The notes below the pieces were generated by a model that ran no database searches, had not been told where the DNA came from, and saw only the letters and a program-made list of their open reading frames with translations. Both the position numbers and the translations under genes were made by a program. From the IMG/VR virus record IMGVR_UViG_3300027143_000001, positions 1-64,000 of that record: a stretch of 64,000 nt of DNA; one strand, 5' to 3'. The DNA is from a virus. This document shows, in pieces, positions 55,201-61,153 of this stretch; the stretch's first letter is position 1, and each line of letters begins with the position of its first letter.

Positions 55201-55845
55201 GGATATCAGTACGTTGTTTAGCTCTGTTTCTGCAGGAAGTTCGTTCAGGTTAATATAACCTGTGTTCTGTAACAAGTCATCAAGCGCTGCACCCAGGTAC
55301 TTGCGCATGCTTGCGTTGTACGCAGTGTCTTCTGTATAGCTGTCGATGATATCGGTTACGCTTTTGCGGACCATGTCCACATAGCTGTCACGATCCTTTC
55401 CAGTGATACCGTTGGCGGTAAAGAATTGTCTGAGCAGGGTAATGATACCCTTGTCACCAAACAAATCACGGCCACGCTCAAACTCAGTTTGGCTGGCCAT
55501 CGCATCAATGCGGTCCTCAATGGTCTTGGCTGTAACAGCAGGCGCGGCTTTCTTGCCATACAAACCGTTCATGAACTTCATGTACGCTTTTGTGTCAGCA
55601 AGCAAGTGCACAGCACCCTTTACATCTGCAGCTTTACCAGGCTCGTAGAACTTAGCGTCTACACCGGCAAGCCCTTCATAAATGTAGGCCAGTTGATGGA
55701 TGGATAATTTTTTCTGCTCAGGAGTTAGGTCGCTGTCCATCACAAAGCGGACGGCATTGTCATAACTGCGGAAAGCAGCGGGATCATACTTGATCAGTTT
55801 TTGTACAAAAGAAATGTACTTGCCAGTTAGAATATCACAGGCCAT
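43249..55845 (-). CDS. virion-packaged two-barrel RNA polymerase fused to zincin protease domain
   Basis: RIPTE..RSM and GSDFDVD (47203-47217, aa ~2877) as in crAss-like virion RNAPs; HEAFH (aa ~1147) plus EEILAD zincin motif. Confidence 0.9.
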   Translation of the reverse strand: MACDILTGKYISFVQKLIKYDPAAFRSYDNAVRFVMDSDLTPEQKKLSIHQLAYIYEGLAGVDAKFYEPGKAADVKGAVHLLADTKAYMKFMNGLYGKKAAPAVTAKTIEDRIDAMASQTEFERGRDLFGDKGIITLLRQFFTANGITGKDRDSYVDMVRKSVTDIIDSYTEDTAYNASMRKYLGAALDDLLQNTGYINLNELPAETELNNVLISLNNRELVEGFIQDGILYMIDETGETVALSKEDIRNYKAGRPAPFESNSSEERVPVTMLHSAMKIQAAFEEDRERLKNELAAMENPMSRVKIHAVRPGIAAARMERIQELAASNPEMAGLANRKHETFESTGQINFLKNTPGGVVLSVARPSQEEQKFQLIGEITMEDGKNILFNLWTLDNYVFVYDNNTTEKVDFNNAAHREKFQRLALLNGSAGPVELTESDMSTLMQSYNQLQQFKAKHADMLDDMFSKGVNSVDFTEEFFESFDMSQGRTRENPSLEEFMNVDSSLSLELEVATIDDDENVISTTKRKVPFVFYRTGNRETSFFMPNSVLAANERIKVGDSLYNEAEYFEYELGITDVDAFIKEELFSDNKYSQKNTLIVVRFKDGQPSSYLTLEDQKPMQTNEGFVDFINMVSEMVSTKERTGKGQPTKAAQAFNAMYRFSGARGPFYLNLEYFNGKLKFELVPKDKTSTSPLRVMLQDRSAFQFPFSEAFKARLVSLADELGPNGKMVKAAIADNPSLKSYDLSTAEGRMAFYSALSVMEESNSLTESAQELVQYLNDTREKFAQFLIDLVIKPLQERMGEHPEVEAALRSTYTFPNEGFNLEYLVVDKDNEGNKWPHVGLNRKKEAGTPSFYRNAKRFTVKHSNRAETLITSKASTATAPATEVIVNPTSPSGEGTSITAPPVNIVEPSSTLTDDAAVVNADVIVEAFEMLADGIPLKELNAQQQELVNNPTYSMIYNDFMGRMEMMADQMEGQPDDVVNAVLDSILNQMYDELSNAIDAMVNPAANSAVVGPYTILKINDSYDIQHEEEGVVAEYVPSMEEAMRIVNEMMASDAKSAENPSSFPDIPRMEDEAFKIADEYEAASMQDIKSEIAWFKEALGQFGIEVSDMQSIADLMRIDGTVLGMFKDRVLHLNAAMLSKGIVFHEAFHGVFRYLMTDMQRRELLNEVIGNPKYAEQFRDENLIEFARVRNFVYNKAEMMDLVAEEILADGFQRYMRAKRATAPKGLIGKLFELLKKLIGMFKANRDVIEQTYSDIATGKYKESIISGKAYDGKAAFEIKGLRKLVTTPTGRVMSGPTILLDDLEKEAVNMVVRQMLADNTKKKFEEKFQDAATVLLNEVYNIDMLLRQADPKFHADIKKEFLPKYNQMRFVLGQRLRDNKAGKQTDVYDINTTGIDTNDAMVLDNGTNTYGEESMAALMALVRKRLNEFNVSSTNPLNTQNLEDAMNAAVKPHDENAENREENPESGDFEASINELNRMDSLPAEFKKFLSTIRRDYIHPVYGILVPAIVDGRKMSPTLLKIAANKEPQQILPTLKMVYERWYDDGLINEAMDLEAVYNEIKKLTLLDNGSMPMANVQMYKMILNVLHGTRIGYVMFNMQYTEAVDIDMMSDEDIQKDTTPRFSISDKIQYKDINNKKNKLVERMILTQKSEKDNPEYRKAMLALIKLMSKVDSSETLFTGDKSQKTLDNLVDSLHKNMWAIGLQIPKSMLRFSLIAIQEMENEKTISKLSEDTLAKYELDRPFANEKEYLEKTFFTNLKNILEAAAGSETAPGKMFENMLDDENTASTEVKSFNSILRKSAKFMVKYDPTAFSSVVYNAEGKPIYEYVKYSPMVITAEDVRQKGLDGMLQEDPYYEAYLKDYIANNHLLGGVMQGKDDEMTKMVKLMLNNLRVEMFGGVQGKVGDTVLDGKTFKDLDEYALHILNFTSFLSRMEETSNAKDGKVTIQTYRRTFHQLESSNTNFLVSALYREFANKDGMKTVKMDGVAKPVLAVVEDLVGVIRQEYMSMRKEFARRDALKKEYESYTANNIVKDFNGRRDSNGKVQFTDANGNPLKAYKFHKLEDFFAANPAIQDVFAESAEEGLEFEEIDLGGLPLLLEEYAKKQFETYLKVLEFNNIIERKKEKNAAGDAEVEFITSTMLPSKLKIGYQKPVGLMEQYGVVKGSPVSRMNWENILADYFYNNWTNALHFNDVFDGNPAMNVKNAQDMVKRAKKYLASGDNMKEGYHRAAVLETIKGFIHEDYPEYGPYFTEQEIVNDPLPSAEVKQILMDDYKKAIAEESGENDFGGKYAGMLQKIFDGQSISLLMHQIDMHEQLGRLTSKVLDLLIAKHYRKLTESEIMTLQAMKVVNNAKKTVVGARNAYHKQSENLFDRLDTSRIKDEYFDGTAETEQDVYDVLHTMWSKVYDLRKVYQSQRLNGEDAASTFRQIQDTVKMIHEFYEPLPHRKMAHDMLNAMEYFQIDQLMDNEASKNTTKLPISVFTAPQKEGYMNLDFIAVEVDNRFKFLQVETSGVKDKAKLSVQAKMLLPADINMLADLIEIADNRKLDAKERKFLDDLSERLVKDYEDSLRDATRSRLLYLTNVMRGMVPSDASARQKELSKNAAAENVSADAAAQISQLAVVINDFKGKKAVTERHKQNARLILDALNNDSSVSKEIAEQAESIVNDIVEAGNFKISKIYDMIRENLSVQGAPQQMLELFELDASGKPLYSPNMPEIRSMLEYYFFSQYSKHVTDEKGAGGKYIHISQFGYDVLYDKTTGKVIKTADYAKNPKLYTNVGTRKLGVTQEAELDKDGNPTGRTIYMVECILPEPFRDNPEFKEFFEQELTRMFATRIPTEDKRSMVILKAVDYMDSSNLNGIVVPYMVHLLAGSDFDVDTLYAQAYSYYKNMMGKFVKYGDYKNYRNEREGQFVEFMHFMSKKEEFSDLIANRMREIMEEGSFDMDSDSEIFRYMEMLGFTEDDFVKTVNLGQIRARLDEMQSDIDALSEQRDELGNYLDDLKDQIALGETKMKGKKRANSIKDIKERRRKAIEEIRGVKQQLFDTIKNIRPLQEESWEAASTAEKFMYSAAKIKAMFDVFSKFDIPISIEAFEKHEFMKDLVADKFQNQNLNARQAMLGNEYIFNYLYKRERSSVDRFKQLAKEFGIDLKRSGLKTNHYTISSIIRSKADNGIFKDGIGITANMNKFLAMASWYQLELAKPVWQFHATADGKNWNRLNKFGSINGENQRVIALIGNVLGMFADGVKEPIPSALKMNDVNTGVTLAMIGVGLRPEFAIGFNFIPEIAKATANVIATQRALRSTTNQQFASLSSEVRKAASAVLTEEVYQELEEAGLLNENSTMFEPMLNKSQLVIEFTTPKDRGEMLNDERMMNNELSIGEIGFNVSALKSKAVLSEEAKKFVLLFMYEQQAAQSFDISTAGSMINMLKSLNPDFASFDTIYKNMSSMMTAESIFTEESMAPMINDQVWNQLYRMANDLDQQSSNLFLERGPFFREINRVFKELFNDKSQIAKTIVGYVAIKRLRDTLPGSRKSSDKYIQSLIDREDKALQDTFTAEFWFTNTLGEELRSFQTKYPNNKFLNFLKEEVVESELAQVGDEQLPMRFIKMINTVKLKSDEASGVYNDALSLMNDQEGKLFLKKLFYHELARAGMGHKKNMFYNFLPRVFRKELSNNIDMFVDTLKTTHNDPEAFQSMIQKYFGATDNDAVYDAFDMLFTNMVYNAIKEPNNTRIKTRYNLNVSGNKRLMQTLPVSVDMSDDEKRAAVTNVVNAMFGKAGEIVPTSQRGNTVLPLGEKELGPEFILDLSSEKLGIYGLNNVAIQRIAMSYGITPGDENNWMFPMVIKFQDGSVYMLQGAGSDTSNTIGQSVYDTLSGKKGGFNTVGDTARYTLVPGNLMSNNISPLGFDADEINRFAEMSVEKVEEVSYDDFENYIPTDFRATQTLRATPEKEEVIETNDEQEEVDETEGAGISGDLGMAARILAKKRGITVSEPAQKPAEKTEEQAPVEEAEETTLTIEPGRYVKFNDAVYIVTKINANGTIQIYNPTKEGAGSKVSVAERNLTAQPQTAKIVTYNDKQYMVTPKGNIISMATFKQMNWAENDGNRKAIMALVAQPAQTQQQQDLQPDMFEDEDGNLEASLEKDLVDLNMTDKALRYLYQNSSQRMPFDKFAEEAKRYVDKTRGVKFTEDIIEDITCL

Positions 55846-55877
55846 AACAGGTTAGCGTATTATCAGAGGGTACTGGA

Positions 55878-58800
55878 TTAGAAGCATGCATGTATATCGC
55901 GGAGGATATTTACAAGGTCTGTCTTCGTCACCGGTGCCTCAGTTTTTGTAGATGTGTCCTCCTCTACAAATTTACTAATTTCCTGTGTATCTTGGTTAGC
56001 TTTAGCTTTAAATTCTGCAAGTTTTTCGTCAAGCTCTACAAAATCTTCAAAAGTTAAACTTGCTGCATTCGCTGTGGTAGTTGTCTCAAACAGTGGTACA
56101 TCCTCGCCTGCAGGGCTTTCCACTACCACCGGAGCGTCTGCCGCTTCCTGTGTAGTTCCCTTTTTCAGAATACGTGTGGCAATTCCTTTCAAGGTACTTT
56201 TTCCCTTAGGGGTTTTGCTAAACTCTTCCAGGCTTGAAAACGGTGTATCACGTTTAGCGTTAGCTCTTGCCAGTGCCTCCAGTGCTTTGGAGTGGAACTC
56301 ATTCTTCTGTGTAAGCGTTGCACCCGTCATGTAGTTGTACACCACATCCAGTTCACTGCGCGTGCGGTCCAGCGATTGCTGTAGTTCATCTGCCTGTTCT
56401 TCTGTCAGGGGTTGGTCATTTACAGGTGTACCGTTATTGTCCACCACGTTCATACCATTGCCCTGCTGTTCTGTATGAAAATTATCACCGCTTTCTTCAC
56501 GTGCAGCCTGCTGACGTTGTTGGCGCTTGTTCCTTAATAACTGGGCAGCACTCATGGCTCCTGACTCTCCTACACCTTCTGTTTCATCTACCTCTTCAGG
56601 TTCCGTTTGCTCAGGTTTAACAACTGGTGCATACTGTTCTAAAGCAGCTAGTTCTGCGTTATATTCAGCAATAATATCAAAAGCTTGTTTTGGTGCATTA
56701 AGTTTATCAGCAACCGCATAACCAATAGGATTAGCTTTTTGTAACCAACTAATATAAGTACCTTTTGATAAATCTTCGGTAAACTTGGGTATGCCTAATA
56801 CTTCTGCATAATAATCAAGAAGCATTTGAGTTACAGGGGTTCTAGTATTAGATTGTGTATCTGGAAAATCTTCTCTTTTATATTTAGCTTCTGTATCAGC
56901 TTTAGCATCTGTAGCAGAATCTTGACCTTCTTGTGAAGATTGTCCTGAATTTTCTGAAGATGCCTTTGCAACAATACGGTGTGGCTCTTGCATGACTTGG
57001 ATATCCAGATCAGGATATTTGTCAGACACTGCCTGGATAGCGTCCAGGATAGCCTGACGGTCTTCTGGTGAAGCGTTCTGTAAACCGGTAGCAATGTGTA
57101 CACCCCCGTTGAGGATGTCCTCCTCAATCTGCTGTACCATTACTTCATTGCCTTCTTCTACTTGTTCCGGTGTGGCATTCACTGCCTGGCCACCGTTGAG
57201 CTCAGCCAACTTGGCTTCTGCCTCACTGCGGTTCTTGGTCCAAAACGATTGACCGTTCTCATCATACCAGTAGTCGTTGATCGTGGAATCCAGAATGCTA
57301 AAACCAAGATACTTGTCTTCAGCCAGGATATACTTTGGACCTGCCGCTGCAGCAGGTTGTTCCTCTTCCTCTTCTTCTTCTGTTTGCTGAGGTGTTGCGC
57401 CTGCTGGTGCAGGAGCAGGTGAAGGACCTGTAGGGTTCTGTGGTGTAGCAGCCGGTGCAGGATTTTCTGTATCGTCCACCCTGGTTTCTGTCTGTGGTGT
57501 TGCTTCTACTTCTGCTGCTTTGTAATCGTTTACCACCTCATCAATGTCAGTGGTGTATTTATCATACACTTCCTGTTCACGGCTTGTCAGTGGGATTTCA
57601 TCAAATAACTTATTGGCAATGCGCACCATAACCTGAAACGACGGGCGCATGTCTTTCTTAAAATTCTCATACTGCTCATCACTTAGGTCAGCATAACCTT
57701 CCATACTGATGTTTCTGCGGTAGATCTTAGCCATGACAGCTTTAAGGTTGCTGCTGATCTTTTCCACCTGCTCTTGTGCATACTTGTTCATCTGCACACC
57801 AGCGTTAGGATCAAGCACAATAGTCTCCAGGTTTCTGTACTCTTCACTCTTAAATGTAGCAGCTGCAATCTCCTCACGAATACGGTCACGCTCAGCTTTC
57901 TCAGAGTCGCTGTCCCCAAAGATCTTAAGGTTCATCACCGCAACCATCCATTGTTTCTGTGCAAGTTCTTCTACACTATCCAAATACTGCATTACCAGGT
58001 ACTTGAAATTACCGTCCGTCATGCGGTACAGCATCATCTCAAAGTTCTCTGGGTTAAACAATACGTCTACTGCTTTCATGTACTCCTTAGCGTCCTTATC
58101 CAGGCGCATGTAGTCAATGATCTTTTGGAAAGGCTCCTGGTACGGAAAGGTCATGTTCATGTCCACGTCCAGTCCAGCCTGTTTGTTTTTGAGTTGCATC
58201 AGTCGCGCAAAGTTGGTAAACACCTCTGGGTCGTGCATGTCAAACTCATCATCTTCCTCTACGGTAGATGTTTCTGTAAGTGTGGTACCGTCTGCTTGTG
58301 TACGTTCACCACTCATGGTGCGATAGGTCTTGCGACCAGGCTTGCGCTTTCCAATGAATGATTCCAAATCGTCTTCTTCAATCTCTTCCTCCATCTCCTG
58401 ACCCTGGTCATTGGTCACCGTGTTCTTGGTTGTACGCATACTCCACCACGATGTCCACGTATCAAGCTCTTGCAGTTCACTTTTCTTATCAGCAATTTGT
58501 TGCTCCAGATCTTTCTTTTGCTCAGGGGTAAGACCCTCCGCCTGCATGTTCTGCATCAGGATGTTGATGTCTGCTGATATGTTACCAATCTCCGCTTTCA
58601 GGGCATTAGGGTTTGTCAGAATGCGCAGTGCATAATCTGCAGAGTCTGCAATTCCTGCAATAGAGCGGATGTCATTGGATAATTGTTGTACACGCTTAAC
58701 AGTCATCTCCCCTTTGATTGCATTGTATGCAATTACAGAGATTGCCTCGTCTTGTACCTGGCGCATTACAGCAGCCACGTAGCGGTCACGTGAACCTTCC

Positions 58801-61148
58801 TGGTATCTGAATGGGTCAGCTAACTGCCCTACCTTTCTTTTTACACCCTCAATGACCTCAGAGTATTTCTTGACATCACGGGCTACAGAGTCACTAAACT
58901 CAGCTGCACTAGAGTACTTGGTGTCTTCAATGTTAACACCCATCATCTTACTGAACTCCTCGTTGGACATTTCCATGCCCATGTTACGGATTGCACTCTC
59001 AAATGCTTTAACAGAGTTGGTACGCTGTGCTGCTAATACAGCATGTAGCAACGCGTTATCCTTACCGTTCTGAAATTCATACTGCTTACCTTGCGCAGCA
59101 GCCGCGGTCATTTCCTGGGCAGCTTCTGTTTGGGCAGCAAAGTTGAACATTTTGTGGCTCATGTTGTCCCCAGAGCTTAGCTGACGAAACGCTGCATTTA
59201 GTGTTTTCAAATCGTTGTCAAGTGCTTTCTCAGCTTGCTTGACGGGATCTGCAGCAGGGTCGTTTTTATACTGCATGCTGGTAGCAGCATTGCTCATCTT
59301 CTCCAGCAAACGTGATGTGGCAGCAGTGGGGATGCGTATCACCGATCCTGTCACAGCCCCCATCAAAAATGTCTTGAATCCCTGTTTGGTAAACTGCTCT
59401 TGAAATCCTTCACCAAACGCTTCTGTTAAACTCTTTTCTGCATTTTGCGCTTTGGCCATGTAGTATTCCTGCCATGACTTGGAACTCATTTCCTGCAAGT
59501 TTTCCTGCAAACCTTCTGTTACCTCCATGCGCAGCATGTCCTTGGTCAATGCTTTACCTACCTGGTATGCAGCTTCTTTCTTTCCAAAGTCCTTGGATAT
59601 CTGGCCCAGTACACCGTACGTGCCAAAGAATCCTTTCTTATAACCCTGAGTAAGTAATTTCTTAGTTGCAATATCACGTCCTTCCACAAACAGCATACGC
59701 TCTGCACCTTCTTCCAACAGGTCCTTGATTACTTTGTTGGCTGGTGTAAATCGGTTGAACAGGTTACCAAACTGTAACTTGTTGGTTACCATCAGGATAG
59801 CCAGGTTTGTATTGTAGTTAGATGCACTGGTATCTGTAGCAGCCTGCTTGAATTTTTCAAACTCTTCTTCAGGAGGTAGCAAGCCGTTGTTTCTGTCTTT
59901 ATAATCTTTGACAAGTTTGTCCAGGGTATCACCATATGACGTCACCGCTTCAAACGATGCCTCTGTTGCACTCATATTAAACTCCTGAGCCAGTCTTCTG
60001 ACACCCTGGAGTCCCATACCTGTTAACTCAAAAGCATTCTTTCCCGCCTTGGCTCCCGCTACAATCTTTTCCCCATAGCGCACGCCTGTACCTAACAAAG
60101 GTACACCACGCACAAACTGTCCTGCAAACTCACTGAAGTTCTTACTGCGCCACATACCACCAATATTGTTGGAGTACATGGTAAACGTATCAGCAATCGT
60201 ATCCTGCATGCGTGCAGAGAAAGAACGTCCTGTTGCAGCAGCCACCTCAGCAGCTTCATCTGCCTTACCGGCTACTTTAGCAGAAGCACGGATAGCATCT
60301 ACACTTTGATTGGCTTCAGTGAAACCTCTACCAATATCTGAAATAGCATCTGTAAACCTGAAGCCTGATTTGACTCCAGCCTCCACGCCTTCTTTAGCAA
60401 GCTTCTTGACTCCCATCTTGGCACCCAGCCTGGCAAAGGTGGCACCAAAGGATGCAATGCCTCCACCTGCGGTCAGTGCTGTGATAGCAGCATCTGCAGC
60501 CAGCTCGACGCCTAACGCACCAAATGTACCCAGGGCAAACCCGGAGTTGGAGATCAGGTCAGCTGCAAACTTCTTGTTGAATATACCTTCCTCATCTTCC
60601 TTGGACGCAAACACAAAGTTGCGGTTCATGTCAAGCTGGTCCTGGTAGTACTGATCAATCAGTGTCTGTTCGTCTGGGCGCAACTTGTCCCAGTCCATGG
60701 ACAATAATGCATCACCCATGCGACCATAGTCTTTCCACCAGTCCGTAAAAGTGTTACCAAATCTATAACCTGCTGAGTCAAATGCTTTGCCCATAGCAGT
60801 GCCCCATGTTTCATTATCAATGGCACGTTGGGTGTTATAGGCATCGCCAGGTGAAAATGCGTCACCTTTGAAATTTTCCTGTTGAATAAACTTATCAACC
60901 TGCTCTGCATTCCAGTATTCTGTACCAGGAGATTCAGCAGTGGTCAGGCTTTCCAAGAGACTCATCTTGGGAGGAGCAAAGTTTTCCTGCGCATACTGGT
61001 TGGCAGATTGCTCCATACTTGTTTTAAAAGAAGATGCAGGTCCTGAAGCGCCAGTTAACTGTCCGCTTTGGAATGCATCTGCTATTTGTCCAATGGTAGG
61101 TGGATCACCTCCACCTTCCTGCATATTCAAATCTAGTTCCTCCGCCAT
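55878..61148 (-). CDS. giant virion cargo/ejection protein
   Basis: Gly/Ala-rich hydrophobic segments, EG.QE..QE motif, coiled coils; adjacent to RNAP gene. Confidence 0.8.
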   Translation of the reverse strand: MAEELDLNMQEGGGDPPTIGQIADAFQSGQLTGASGPASSFKTSMEQSANQYAQENFAPPKMSLLESLTTAESPGTEYWNAEQVDKFIQQENFKGDAFSPGDAYNTQRAIDNETWGTAMGKAFDSAGYRFGNTFTDWWKDYGRMGDALLSMDWDKLRPDEQTLIDQYYQDQLDMNRNFVFASKEDEEGIFNKKFAADLISNSGFALGTFGALGVELAADAAITALTAGGGIASFGATFARLGAKMGVKKLAKEGVEAGVKSGFRFTDAISDIGRGFTEANQSVDAIRASAKVAGKADEAAEVAAATGRSFSARMQDTIADTFTMYSNNIGGMWRSKNFSEFAGQFVRGVPLLGTGVRYGEKIVAGAKAGKNAFELTGMGLQGVRRLAQEFNMSATEASFEAVTSYGDTLDKLVKDYKDRNNGLLPPEEEFEKFKQAATDTSASNYNTNLAILMVTNKLQFGNLFNRFTPANKVIKDLLEEGAERMLFVEGRDIATKKLLTQGYKKGFFGTYGVLGQISKDFGKKEAAYQVGKALTKDMLRMEVTEGLQENLQEMSSKSWQEYYMAKAQNAEKSLTEAFGEGFQEQFTKQGFKTFLMGAVTGSVIRIPTAATSRLLEKMSNAATSMQYKNDPAADPVKQAEKALDNDLKTLNAAFRQLSSGDNMSHKMFNFAAQTEAAQEMTAAAAQGKQYEFQNGKDNALLHAVLAAQRTNSVKAFESAIRNMGMEMSNEEFSKMMGVNIEDTKYSSAAEFSDSVARDVKKYSEVIEGVKRKVGQLADPFRYQEGSRDRYVAAVMRQVQDEAISVIAYNAIKGEMTVKRVQQLSNDIRSIAGIADSADYALRILTNPNALKAEIGNISADINILMQNMQAEGLTPEQKKDLEQQIADKKSELQELDTWTSWWSMRTTKNTVTNDQGQEMEEEIEEDDLESFIGKRKPGRKTYRTMSGERTQADGTTLTETSTVEEDDEFDMHDPEVFTNFARLMQLKNKQAGLDVDMNMTFPYQEPFQKIIDYMRLDKDAKEYMKAVDVLFNPENFEMMLYRMTDGNFKYLVMQYLDSVEELAQKQWMVAVMNLKIFGDSDSEKAERDRIREEIAAATFKSEEYRNLETIVLDPNAGVQMNKYAQEQVEKISSNLKAVMAKIYRRNISMEGYADLSDEQYENFKKDMRPSFQVMVRIANKLFDEIPLTSREQEVYDKYTTDIDEVVNDYKAAEVEATPQTETRVDDTENPAPAATPQNPTGPSPAPAPAGATPQQTEEEEEEEQPAAAAGPKYILAEDKYLGFSILDSTINDYWYDENGQSFWTKNRSEAEAKLAELNGGQAVNATPEQVEEGNEVMVQQIEEDILNGGVHIATGLQNASPEDRQAILDAIQAVSDKYPDLDIQVMQEPHRIVAKASSENSGQSSQEGQDSATDAKADTEAKYKREDFPDTQSNTRTPVTQMLLDYYAEVLGIPKFTEDLSKGTYISWLQKANPIGYAVADKLNAPKQAFDIIAEYNAELAALEQYAPVVKPEQTEPEEVDETEGVGESGAMSAAQLLRNKRQQRQQAAREESGDNFHTEQQGNGMNVVDNNGTPVNDQPLTEEQADELQQSLDRTRSELDVVYNYMTGATLTQKNEFHSKALEALARANAKRDTPFSSLEEFSKTPKGKSTLKGIATRILKKGTTQEAADAPVVVESPAGEDVPLFETTTTANAASLTFEDFVELDEKLAEFKAKANQDTQEISKFVEEDTSTKTEAPVTKTDLVNILRDIHACF

Positions 61149-61153
61149 ATCAA

